A stretch of 64,000 nucleotides of DNA from Candidatus Poribacteria bacterium (GCA_965208675.1 OZ242351.1:2368001-2432000); one strand, 5' to 3'. Positions 51,011 through 60,392 are shown, numbered from the stretch's first letter. Notes: a model not told the origin generated them from the sequence alone. Program-made: numbers and translations.

Positions 51011-51964
51011 ATGGCGACGGAAAAGTCGAAGACTACACTAAAGGCGGCGCTTCTTGGGGATGCCGAGAAGATAGGACTTTCAGAACTTAGGTCAGATGTA
51101 AGAGAGTTGTTTAAAACTACCAGCGATCGAAAGCTTGCTAATGCAGTTGTTGAACGGGTTCAGCGTTATGCGTTGGAGACAATAGTGGAAAAATATGGGG
51201 AGGACGATGACGAAGATTTTGACGATTTTAGCGAGTTGGATTCGTATTATCTGGATGAAATAAGAGAAATGGTGCGTGATGAGATGGTTTGGTACGTTTC
51301 GTCTTTTATTTCTGATTCGCACCGTGAGTTTTTTGTTCGCGCGCATGCGCAAGGCATTTCCACCTCTGATGCAGCCACAGAGTTGATGATGTCAGACGAT
51401 ACGATGAATCGATTAGCGCATGAGGACGCTATGGGGATGCAGGGACTACGGGATGCGCTGATTCCGCGTGTAGCGTATCTGAAGCCGGGGTCGGCACGGT
51501 GGCCCGAGAAGAAATACGGAGCGGTATGGCGTGAAGCGCGTGAGTCACATAGGCAGACAGTGAGCGACATTCCTTTAACCTCTAAAGAAGAGCAGATGGC
51601 GCTTCTAGCCAAACACGCTGAGCGGACAATCCGGATATTGGAGAAGAAATCGCTTGACGCGAAAGAATATCAACTGCTCACAAATTCGTTGACGCAAACT
51701 TTGAAGAACCTGCGGGAGCTATCGCAAGTGGAGGTGCCGGTTACCGAAAACCTGTCTCCGCCGCAGCTTGTTGCCGTATTGGAGCGGCTAACGCTTGCGC
51801 TGAGAGCACCAGATCAAAAGGCGATTGGAAGCGACGCTGAAGAACTTGTTGCGGCTCTGCAGAAATTAACCCTTGCACTTAAAGCGCCCGAACAGAAAAC
51901 GGACGGCAATGGTGCAAAAGCGCTGCCCGCGCCGAATGGTAATGGCGGGGATAATGCCGGCTGA
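51011..51964 (+). CDS. Hypothetical protein with a DUF2280-like (phage terminase-small-associated) segment
   Basis: YLKPG...KKYGAVWREARE...DIPLTSKEEQMALL resembles the DUF2280 core as recalled; GAGGTG SD. Confidence 0.55.
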   Translation: MATEKSKTTLKAALLGDAEKIGLSELRSDVRELFKTTSDRKLANAVVERVQRYALETIVEKYGEDDDEDFDDFSELDSYYLDEIREMVRDEMVWYVSSFISDSHREFFVRAHAQGISTSDAATELMMSDDTMNRLAHEDAMGMQGLRDALIPRVAYLKPGSARWPEKKYGAVWREARESHRQTVSDIPLTSKEEQMALLAKHAERTIRILEKKSLDAKEYQLLTNSLTQTLKNLRELSQVEVPVTENLSPPQLVAVLERLTLALRAPDQKAIGSDAEELVAALQKLTLALKAPEQKTDGNGAKALPAPNGNGGDNAG

Positions 51965-52054
51965 ATCGAACCCGTGGCGGATTGGGAATTTGGGCGTTGG
52001 GAGAGTAGCTGAAGGGCAATTCCGTCCTAAATACATTACGCGGATTTAGTATTT

Positions 52055-52432
52055 GTAGGTTGGGCAGAGCGGAATTGATGAAACATACGTGTTATTAGTT
52101 AAACAGTGCGTACATTGAAATTGATTGGCACTGAAATGGCGGAGCGAAACCCAACGTGTTTAAAAGTCTTGATAACCGACCGACAGACGCTAACACCAGT
52201 ATGATTGGAACAGGATAAGAAATCGAGAGTATTTGGATTTCGGAGCGGTGTTTTGTAATCGGAATTTGAGAGTTTTCTGGAGGTTTTTAATTCTGAAGAC
52301 TATCGCCTTCGGTATTCGCTCAGATAATCGTTGGGTTTCGCTCTGCGTGCATTGACACCACCATCATTAGAAATTCGAAACTGTTTATTACTTCTGGAAC
52401 CGTATTGGAATTATCCGCTCTACCCAACTTAC
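52055..52432. repeat. REPIN-like doublet of long REP arms (copy 3)
   Basis: Arms at 52055-52155 and 52330-52432. Confidence 0.85.
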
Positions 52433-52746
52433 AGAAACTTTGGAGTACCCTCGACACGAGAAGTGTGGTTTATAGCCGACATAGTCACCATCGGTTTGGC
52501 AATAGTATCCATTTACGTTCTGAAATTTAACGAAACGTGCGGTTGAAAATACTATAGCTACGCCATAATCTAAACACCCCTTCGGCAACGTCGCAATGAC
52601 TCCTGAATAGAAACCTTCCCATTCTCGGCAACACTCCTGATTGGGCATGCAAAACAACTAATTTTTCGCCGCTTAATTTCCAAATAATATGTTACCATTT
52701 CGCGCAATAAGATATTATGTATCACTGTCGTGGAAGCGGTTTAATT

Positions 52747-53109
52747 TTGACTTTGAACCAGTTGTGTTTTTCATTCAAAGGGAGAATCAACCGACGAATA
52801 TTTTGGATTTGCTCGGCAGCTATCTCTTTTGCGATTCTAGTCTCTTGCGCCGTCGGAATTTTGACGGATGGTTATGATCAATCGGATACATTGATTTTTG
52901 TGTTCATTTTGTTCCCAATTTTGGCTTCATTATTCATTGGTCTCACTGTAACCGTTAAACGACTACATGACACGAATCGATCCGGTAAGAATGCGCTCAT
53001 GGTATTTATTCCCTTTATCGGGTTCGTATATCTTCTTTTTGCTTGTGGTCTGCTCAAAGGTACAGACGGCGAGAATGATTATGGTCCTCCAGGCGATAAA
53101 ATCACTTGA
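52747..53109 (+). CDS. DUF805 (YhaH-like) membrane protein
   Basis: FSFKGRINRRIFW, VKRLHDTNRSG, GTDGENDYGPP. Confidence 0.9.
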   Translation: MTLNQLCFSFKGRINRRIFWICSAAISFAILVSCAVGILTDGYDQSDTLIFVFILFPILASLFIGLTVTVKRLHDTNRSGKNALMVFIPFIGFVYLLFACGLLKGTDGENDYGPPGDKIT

Positions 53110-53184
53110 ACTTCTTATGCTGCGTCTGCCGAAAATATAATCTACAAAACCTGAGGCGACCTCGTACTGTTGCACCCAGTTTTT

Positions 53185-53472
53185 TCGGGTTGGGTTGAGC
53201 AGGTAAATCCAATAGCAGTCGTGCTTCAAGAACCTATCCGAATTTTATACCAGGTAGCTCGCATATAATGCGCGGTGCGTAACCCAACAATCAACAGAGC
53301 CAATAGCGATGGCGATAGTTTTCACTGCAACCACTACCGGTCAACGACACACGTCGCATATAACAAAAAACGTTGGATTACGCTTAATCGGTAAAAATTT
53401 CAATGGAATCAAAACACGTAACATTCGCGACATGCATACGTTGGTTCGTCAACACCACTTAACTCAACCTAC
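53185..53472. repeat. REPIN-like doublet of long REP arms (copy 4, partly degenerate)
   Basis: Arms at 53185-53288 and 53372-53472. Confidence 0.8.
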
Positions 53473-53646
53473 AGGTGTTTTGCCTATGGCTCTCTCTATC
53501 ACGTAACTTTCACACAACTCATAAGGAATTTTAGCATTGATTTCAGCTTTATAACCTGACCAAATTGCCAAGGATTTGCACCCTAAATCGCATTCATCGC
53601 CGTCCATGGAATGGGGGTAATCTTACAAACCGTCCACTGCTCGCCG

Positions 53647-53835
53647 TTATTTCTCGGGTGAGGGCTTATCCCACGTTAGTTGTTTTTGTTGTGCTTCTCT
53701 GATGTCGCGTACTATTCGTGCGATGTATTCTAATCTAGCTTCAATGTGGCTACACTGCGTTTCAATCTGCATCACAAGTTCCGGTAAAATTTTAGGATCG
53801 ACAGGTTCTTTTTAAGGCATGGCAGGTATTGTCAT
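53647..53835 (-). pseudogene. Paralogue of 53959-54150 with TAA at codon 8
   Basis: Manual translation MTIPAMP*KEPVDPKILPELVMQIE...DIREAQQKQL; AAAGGA SD. Confidence 0.7.
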
Positions 53836-53958
53836 TGAAATAATCCTTTCTGGTAGTCCTTACGGTGTGTCACCCTTTACCCCGCCTATCCATTCAATTT
53901 CCTTCTTCGATGGGTTCCGAGTCTCTCTTTATGTCGCGTGGTACCAGCCGCCAACAAC

Positions 53959-54150
53959 TTATCCACAATCGCAATCGTCCTCCCGGACGACGGCTAGTTG
54001 CTTTTTCTGCAACTCTTTTATATCAACTAGAAGTTCGCACATGAATCGCATAGTTGTGAGCATATGATCTGTCGTGCGTTCTAATCGCACCACTGCCTCC
54101 TGGAACGCATGTGGGGCAAGAGGTTCTCGGGGTTGTACGGGAATAGTCAT
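53959..54150 (-). CDS. Small helical hypothetical protein
   Basis: AAAGGAAAG SD; MTIPVQPREP...DIKELQKKQL; has an adjacent paralogue. Confidence 0.65.
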   Translation of the reverse strand: MTIPVQPREPLAPHAFQEAVVRLERTTDHMLTTMRFMCELLVDIKELQKKQLAVVREDDCDCG

Positions 54151-54214
54151 AGTGCTTTCCTTTCATTGGGGCGGGACACGGAACTGCTGGGCACAAATGC
54201 AACTCCTTTGCAAT

Positions 54215-54292
54215 GTGTTAGTTGCGCCGGACCTACCAGTGCCCTCCATGTCCCATAAGTTTATTTCAGAATGCCGAAAACAACAAACTCGG
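54215..54292. repeat. ~78-bp direct repeat, copy 1
   Basis: GTGTTAGTTGC...TACCAGTGCCCTCCATGTCCCATAAGTTTAT...AACAACAAACTCGG. Confidence 0.88.
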
Positions 54293-54299
54293 CGGACTA

Positions 54300-54533
54300 A
54301 TGACAAGAGAAGAATATAAAAAGCAACTAGAACACTTACAAAATCCACGCACATGGACAGAATTGCGCGATGGTCTCATTGACTCCCTAAAACTTGCAGT
54401 CTGGGACGAAGGATTTACTGACGATCCTGTCGAAGAATCTCAAGAACCCGTTCTAAATCCTGTGATATGCGAGAAATACGGACAGCTGGTAACATGGAAA
54501 GACGAGTCTCAATCTTCTCAAGTTCCTGCTTAA
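54300..54533 (+). CDS. Small hypothetical protein
   Basis: MTREEYKKQLEHLQNPRTW...; lies between the two direct repeats. Confidence 0.5.
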   Translation: MTREEYKKQLEHLQNPRTWTELRDGLIDSLKLAVWDEGFTDDPVEESQEPVLNPVICEKYGQLVTWKDESQSSQVPA

Positions 54534-54603
54534 TGAGAGATATTGTGTACTCCAGTTTTTTACTGGCGTGTCTATGATCGATTGCGATGTCCTTTCTTAG
54601 TGG

Positions 54604-54681
54604 GTGTTAGTTGCTCCGGGCTTACCAGTGCCCTCCATGTCCCATAAGTTTATATCAGAATACCAAAAACAACAAACTCGG
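54604..54681. repeat. ~78-bp direct repeat, copy 2
   Basis: Differs from copy 1 at a handful of positions. Confidence 0.88.
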
Positions 54682-54924
54682 TATCATGACGAACACCAGA
54701 TCGGCGAGTGCTAGGGCACCTATGCAAACAGTACTTATGACCACCCAATAAACGCAACTGCCAAGATTGCGGTTATTAAACCGGGTTCGGAGTTGTTGCT
54801 CGCCTTTCTTGGTGGCATATTTCTTCAAACAGAGAGCAGACGCGGAAAGCAATAGTATGATAATCCAAGTGCTAGTTTTCCACATTTGAATTAAGGGTGA
54901 TGTTCGTGTTCTGGCACATTCCAA
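54655..54924 (-). CDS. Small 2-TM hypothetical protein
   Basis: Two hydrophobic helices; start uncertain. Confidence 0.5.
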   Translation of the reverse strand: MECARTRTSPLIQMWKTSTWIIILLLSASALCLKKYATKKGEQQLRTRFNNRNLGSCVYWVVISTVCIGALALADLVFVMIPSLLFLVF

Positions 54925-55280
54925 GGTTCAGGCGGCGGTCCATATTTGTTGGGACCCGAATCGCCTTTCATGAAACCAGTTATAACACACAGTATGATGG
55001 CACCGAGGATCGGAATTAACAACAACAGCATTGTCCAACCGGTAGCACCAACATCGTGTAGACGTTTTACTGATACAGGTATTCCCATGTAGAAGATTAA
55101 AAACGCGCTGATACCACACAACATGACCATTATGAGCGAGGACAAAGAGGAAGAGTAAGTAAGATAATTCACCATGGCGTAAAGAATCAGTAATAAAATC
55201 GCGATTATACCGCCAAACGCCCAAAACTGGGCGCGATTGATTCGCCCGCGATATGAAAAACACAACTGTTTTAATGACAT
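54891..55280 (-). CDS. DUF805 membrane protein
   Basis: MSLKQLCFSYRGRINRAQFW, VKRLHDVG, GPNKYGPPP; AAGGAG SD. Confidence 0.9.
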   Translation of the reverse strand: MSLKQLCFSYRGRINRAQFWAFGGIIAILLLILYAMVNYLTYSSSLSSLIMVMLCGISAFLIFYMGIPVSVKRLHDVGATGWTMLLLLIPILGAIILCVITGFMKGDSGPNKYGPPPEPWNVPEHEHHP

Positions 55281-55482
55281 CAAACTCCTTTCAAGAATGG
55301 GGAAGGTTATTCTGGAAAAATTAATTTGCCAATGATTGTTGCCAACACTACCAATATGTTGCGACACATAGCGCGGGCGGCATCGTTGAATAGAGGAATG
55401 CCTATACTTAAAGCAACACATACAATAGCCACGAAAATGAAAGTAAATAATGTTGAGAGATGTTCTTTCAAATCAATCAATT

Positions 55483-55857
55483 TCATACGGACTCCGATTT
55501 AAATAGTTGAGGGGGCGAACCATATTGGTTATCAAGCGCATAACTGCGCCGGATACCACAAAAGTAAAGAGTACCTATCCAACCGGAAATATATACGACA
55601 GGGATATCAATAGAGCGAAGACCCACCAACAATACCACAAACCACGCGCTCATATTGATATCGTGCACACGCTTTACTGCGAGGGCAAAGTCAACATAGA
55701 CTAAAGGTAAATACATTAGAAGCCACAAGAAAATAGGAAATGACTCAATTGTGACAGCCATTATAAGTTGAGTTATTAGGACGGGAATTATGGCGTTCCA
55801 ATATTGAGAACGACATATTCGCCCGCGCAACGAGAAGCACAACTGTTTTAATGACAT
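55483..55857 (-). CDS. DUF805 membrane protein
   Basis: MSLKQLCFSLRGRICRSQYW, VKRVHDIN, NQYGSPP; AAGGAGG SD. Confidence 0.88.
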   Translation of the reverse strand: MSLKQLCFSLRGRICRSQYWNAIIPVLITQLIMAVTIESFPIFLWLLMYLPLVYVDFALAVKRVHDINMSAWFVVLLVGLRSIDIPVVYISGWIGTLYFCGIRRSYALDNQYGSPPQLFKSESV

Positions 55858-55887
55858 GTAACCTCCTTTAGTTTATGTGTGTTGAAC

Positions 55888-55941
55888 AAAAAAGAACGCG
55901 GGGAATGGCGGACTCAACGTCACGCCGACTCCCGCTTGCGT
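55888..55941 (-). terminator. Hairpin plus T-tract after the 55995 gene
   Basis: Minus strand GCGGGAGTCGGCG...CGCCATTCCCCGCGTTCTTTTTT. Confidence 0.55.
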
Positions 55942-55994
55942 CTCGCCTACCAATACCCCTCATTCCCAATAATGCAGTGCGCCGCCGCTACTAA

Positions 55995-56822
55995 TTACCA
56001 GTGACATCGGTTAGCTTGGATTACAAGTTCTTCTACCGAAGCATCATCAAGTATCCCTTTGAATAACCCTTGTTCCACCCCAGTGTAAACATTGGAGCGG
56101 AAAAAACGGAGGCTTGACTTCAATTCGTCCACGTCTCCGCCCAGAGACTTGCAACTCTTCAGAGCAAGTCTCGCGTTGACTCTGCCCGATATGATTTGAT
56201 CGAACAACGATTCTTCAATCGTATCCGTAGGTAATGTTTCTTGACTAATGCGGTATGGATTAACGGCACGGCGTTTAACAGTTGGTTTTTGTACAACTAT
56301 AACTTGTGGACGTTGCCGAACTGTTTGCACTTGGCTCGGCTGTTTTTCCAATTCAGCTATCTCCTGCTTAATTAAAGCCGTGCGCTGTTTAGTCGCCGCT
56401 ATCTCTTCCCGCAACAATGCGGCTTGCGTTTTGAAAAGTCGGGCTTGGGCGTTATAAAATCGTGTTGTGGCATCGTTGGTTGCAATTTGGGAATTGACAA
56501 TCCCTTGTCGCTCTTTCTTGCGTACCCATCTTGCTACAGCTCGGTTTGCAATGCCGGGCACGTTAGCAACATGTATTCCAGAACCTGAACAACGCGTTAA
56601 TACTTCGCTGGATTCAACACAGCCGTAACGACAGGGATTGTAACTACTTTTATCTCGGATTTTAATGTCATAGGAAGTCCGACCGGGCCAAAAGTTGTAG
56701 TCGTACTAATCGACATCAATACTGTATTCATAGGATTGATATTGAGCATCGGCATTGGAATAGCTAAACAACATGAATCCAACTACTAACGAAGCAAGTA
56801 AATTCTGCGTAACCTTTAACAT
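55995..56822 (-). pseudogene. Secreted hypothetical protein interrupted by a single TAG at codon 39
   Basis: AAGGAGG SD, signal peptide MLKVTQNLL...SNADA, TAG at 56706-56708; the frame continues open into the 55995-56561 ORF. Confidence 0.7.
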
Positions 56823-56846
56823 TGTTGCCTCCTTAAAGAGTCAATT

Positions 56847-56999
56847 TTAATAGCGTTCAAGAAATCTAAAGCCTGAACCTGCTAACGCCGTAATCAACAC
56901 GGCTAACCCAAGCCATAACGCTTTGCAATCCCTCCATTCGCGTTTCAACCACTCCATTGGGCCGCCCGCTGCCACATGCAACCGTTCTTTTCCCGTCAT
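56847..56999 (-). CDS. 50-aa single-TM peptide
   Basis: Manual translation MTGKERLHVAAGGPMEWLKREWRDCKALWLGLAVLITALAGSGFRFLERY; AAAGGA SD. Confidence 0.5.
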   Translation of the reverse strand: MTGKERLHVAAGGPMEWLKREWRDCKALWLGLAVLITALAGSGFRFLERY

Positions 57000-57022
57000 A
57001 GCACCATCCTTTATGTTTAAAG

Positions 57023-57280
57023 TTAGAATCCGTTATTTCTCAATGTCGAATCGACATCGTTAGCCTCGGCTTTTGTAACGCGATTAGACTTGGCTCTTCT
57101 AACAATCCAACGTATCAAATAGAGAATGCCTAGCCAAAACGCCGCTGTCATTACGTACAGAAGGACATTTCCTTTAGCGAGCGAGTGTATTAGCCCAAGT
57201 ACCCAAACACACCAAGCAGTGGCGCGCAACCATGCCCTTTTTGTAAAAACAATTACGAACAGCGCGGGCAATGTTAACAT
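57023..57280 (-). CDS. Small membrane protein
   Basis: AAGGGAG SD; hydrophobic helices. Confidence 0.55.
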   Translation of the reverse strand: MLTLPALFVIVFTKRAWLRATAWCVWVLGLIHSLAKGNVLLYVMTAAFWLGILYLIRWIVRRAKSNRVTKAEANDVDSTLRNNGF

Positions 57281-57310
57281 TTTATTCTCCCTTCACCGCC
57301 AGAATGTAGT

Positions 57311-58216
57311 TCACTTCCCATCTTTATACTTCTCCACCGGATTCTGTTCCGGCGGCGCCTCTCTCACATACCGCGCCGGCATCGCGGGGTCAAGCCAACG
57401 CCCCGCGCGCTGCATCTCCTTCACGCTCGCCCCAGCTTCAGCGAGCGAAAGCGCGGAACCGATGCGAAGCGACTGACCGCTAATCGCTCCTTCAATCCCC
57501 GCTGCTTTCGCCCACCGCTGTATCGCTTCACGAGCCCCTTTAACACCCAGCCGGTCAGCCGTCACATGCTTGTGGTAGCGTATCCTCCGGAACAACGCAC
57601 CCGACGTAATCCCTGCCCTCTGCTGATACTGTTCTATCAAATGCCGTGTAGGTTCGCAAATATACAGCGCGTCATCCGCCTGCTCGCCTTCGTCTCTGTG
57701 AACCAGAAGTCCCTCACGCTTCACATCCGCCGCGTTGACGGCGACCGCCTCAGAGATGCGCAGCAGACAATCGCTCATCAGGCTAATCATGGCGGCGTCC
57801 CGTAATCCCGAAGTTGTGTCTGACGATTCCGCCGCCGCACACATCCGCTCGACATCTTCCCACGTGAGCCCGTCAGCCTGTCGGCGCCTACGTTGTTTGC
57901 CTTCCATGCGAATTTCAGAATGCGTGCTAGCTGTGACCGGTCCAACTTCGTAGTCCGCGCCCTGATGTGCCGCCATCCACTTAACCGCGGCGACGACCAA
58001 ATTGATTGTTGCTGCAGACTTCCCTTCTGCATCCAGATATCGAATATACTCGGCTAACACCGCGTCCGTTGGCTTACGACCCTCCAGCCACGCTTGCAGC
58101 TTCTGTTTTGCGTGCTCATACGCCTTAAGCGTATTGTCAGACGCGTTCGACTTAGCTTCAGTTCTCGTGACTTTATCGCTTTGGAAACTCCTATCTGATT
58201 CCTTCTCTTGATTCAA
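57311..58216 (-). CDS. Cre-like tyrosine recombinase with altered catalytic motifs
   Basis: SAM-like N-domain, GLRDAAMISLMSDCLLRISE, ISGQSLRIG, GRW..PAMPARY. Confidence 0.85.
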   Translation of the reverse strand: MNQEKESDRSFQSDKVTRTEAKSNASDNTLKAYEHAKQKLQAWLEGRKPTDAVLAEYIRYLDAEGKSAATINLVVAAVKWMAAHQGADYEVGPVTASTHSEIRMEGKQRRRRQADGLTWEDVERMCAAAESSDTTSGLRDAAMISLMSDCLLRISEAVAVNAADVKREGLLVHRDEGEQADDALYICEPTRHLIEQYQQRAGITSGALFRRIRYHKHVTADRLGVKGAREAIQRWAKAAGIEGAISGQSLRIGSALSLAEAGASVKEMQRAGRWLDPAMPARYVREAPPEQNPVEKYKDGK

Positions 58217-58235
58217 AACACAATCCTCATCTGGC

Positions 58236-59240
58236 TTAGAATACGCCCTCTCTAACTATTGAGCGGTTCAACTTCTTCACCACCTTCGGAGTTACGGGGT
58301 CGTTGTCCAGGAGAAACCCTTCGCCCTTCTTCAGTTTAACGGAAGCGACACTGTCCAGCCCCGCCAGTTTCTTCGCTCCTTTCAGAGCTTTCAGGTCTCC
58401 GCCGTAGTATCTGAACCAAGGCAGCCCGGCATCAGTGTAATCCCGCGCCGTCGGCGGCACGGTTGGGGGTTTGCATCCAGTCAGATGCAAGAACTGTACG
58501 CTATTGGCGATATGCACGAAGCAGCGGGAGCAATTTGACGTATCCCACGCATCAATTCCGATTTCGTCCTCGTAAATCTCTTGGTGCATCAATCCGCCCG
58601 GCGCCAATCCCATCTCGTCAGGTAGAGCCTCACACACCGGCATTGCCCTATTTCGCCAGATTGGCCCCACCCGCTCAAACATCTCCCGCTTCATCGGATA
58701 GACCGCAATCTGAATCCCGCCGTGTTCAGCTTCGCCTGTCAGTTGTTCCTCCGCTGTGTACCCCTTTCCCAACGGCATCGCCACGAACTGCCGTATCAAG
58801 CCCTTCTCAACACAGAACCCGTCCAACCAGGGCTGATCCGGTACAACGACGTAGTCTTGCGGTTCCGCGCTCAGTCCCTCGTTCCACGCCTCACCCGTCA
58901 CGGCGTTGACCTTGCCCGCCGCAATCTTTACAGCCATCCCGTAATGGGACTGACTTCTGAAATTAACCCAGAGCGCCTCCGATTGGTACATCGGCAAGAA
59001 CGCGCCGCCGTGTTGCTGCCACCTTTCCGGCAAGTTATCCGGGTAGTCGTCTACACGGTTAAGCGGAAATCTCCCCAACCCCGGCGGCAAATCGTATGCG
59101 CGGTTGTCGTCCGGAATCCGCAGCGTTTGCTGGAATTCGATTGCGACTTCCGCATCACTGTGTACCCCCGGGAATCGAAATACAAGTCGATCGTCGTTAA
59201 GTTCGATACTCTTATTGCCGTTCCTTGCTCTTTGCTCCAT
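58236..59240 (-). CDS. Conserved protein of unknown function (LPPGLGRFPL / PMYQSEALW / WLDGF / IRQFVAMPLG family), paralogue 2
   Basis: Long ORF, AAGGAG SD, strong similarity to its neighbour. Confidence 0.85.
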   Translation of the reverse strand: MEQRARNGNKSIELNDDRLVFRFPGVHSDAEVAIEFQQTLRIPDDNRAYDLPPGLGRFPLNRVDDYPDNLPERWQQHGGAFLPMYQSEALWVNFRSQSHYGMAVKIAAGKVNAVTGEAWNEGLSAEPQDYVVVPDQPWLDGFCVEKGLIRQFVAMPLGKGYTAEEQLTGEAEHGGIQIAVYPMKREMFERVGPIWRNRAMPVCEALPDEMGLAPGGLMHQEIYEDEIGIDAWDTSNCSRCFVHIANSVQFLHLTGCKPPTVPPTARDYTDAGLPWFRYYGGDLKALKGAKKLAGLDSVASVKLKKGEGFLLDNDPVTPKVVKKLNRSIVREGVF

Positions 59241-59342
59241 GATTATGGACCTCTCCTTACTGAGTTATTGGGTTGAGTCGGCAACTTACACATCATACAT
59301 TGAAATACGGCAATCGGGTTATGTAGAAAAATTTCCCCTTGC

Positions 59343-60392
59343 TTAGAATACTCCTTCCCTCACCATTGTTTGGTCTAGCTTCTTCACCACCGCCGGCGTC
59401 ACCGGATCGTTGTCCGAGAGGAAACCCTCTCCCTTTTTAAGACTGACAGAAGCGACGCTGTCCAATTGTACTAAATCAATTGACCCTTCTAATGCCTCCA
59501 CGTCTCCACCGTAGTAGTCGAACCAAGGGAGCCCCATGTCAGTGTAATACCTTGCTGTCGGCGCCATACTTGGAGGCTCGCAACCCGTTAGGTGCAAGAG
59601 CTGAACGCTATTGAGAATATGCACGTAGCAACGGGAACATAGCGACGTGTCCCACGCATCGATGCCGTGTTCGTCCTCGTAAATTTCTTGCCGCATCAAG
59701 CCGCCCGGCGCAAAACCCATCTCCGGTTCGTCCCGCATGGGTTGCGCACACACGAAAATCCTGTCCCCTCTAGGCTGCGGCACGGGGAACCCGTACTTTT
59801 CCGCGTAGACAGACCGTTTCATCGGATAAACTGCAATTTGTAGTCCGCCGTGCTCCGCTTCGCCCGTCAACTGCTCCTCTGCAGTGTATCCTTCACCCAA
59901 CGCCATCGCCACGAACTGGCGAATTAAGCCCTTCTGTACGCAGAACCCGTCCAACCACCGCTGACCCGGAACCACGGCGTAATCCTGCGGTTCGTCACTG
60001 AGTTCTTCATTCCAAGGTTTGCCGGTTATAGCGTTAATCTTTCCCGCCGCAATCTTAACCGCCATCGGATAATCTCCGCGAAAATTAATCCACATCGCCT
60101 CCGATTGATACATAGGGAAAAACACGCCGCCATGTTCGTTCCATCTCTCGGGCAAGTTATCCGAATAATCGTCCACCCGGCTTAGCGGAAATTTTCCGAG
60201 CCCCGGGGGCAAATAATGTTCGCGGTTGTCGTCTGGAATCCGCAGTGTCCGCTGAAACTCAATCTTCAGGTTCGCTATCATGTGTATTCCAAGGAATCGA
60301 AAGAAAAGCTGATCGTCTGTAAGCATGATGGTCTTCCGCCCTTTTCTACTCCCTTTCTTAGTCCGTTCCGCCATAGTCATTGCCCTTTCCAT
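59343..60392 (-). CDS. Conserved protein of unknown function, paralogue 1
   Basis: Same motifs as 58236-59240, ending VREGVF. Confidence 0.85.
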   Translation of the reverse strand: MERAMTMAERTKKGSRKGRKTIMLTDDQLFFRFLGIHMIANLKIEFQRTLRIPDDNREHYLPPGLGKFPLSRVDDYSDNLPERWNEHGGVFFPMYQSEAMWINFRGDYPMAVKIAAGKINAITGKPWNEELSDEPQDYAVVPGQRWLDGFCVQKGLIRQFVAMALGEGYTAEEQLTGEAEHGGLQIAVYPMKRSVYAEKYGFPVPQPRGDRIFVCAQPMRDEPEMGFAPGGLMRQEIYEDEHGIDAWDTSLCSRCYVHILNSVQLLHLTGCEPPSMAPTARYYTDMGLPWFDYYGGDVEALEGSIDLVQLDSVASVSLKKGEGFLSDNDPVTPAVVKKLDQTMVREGVF

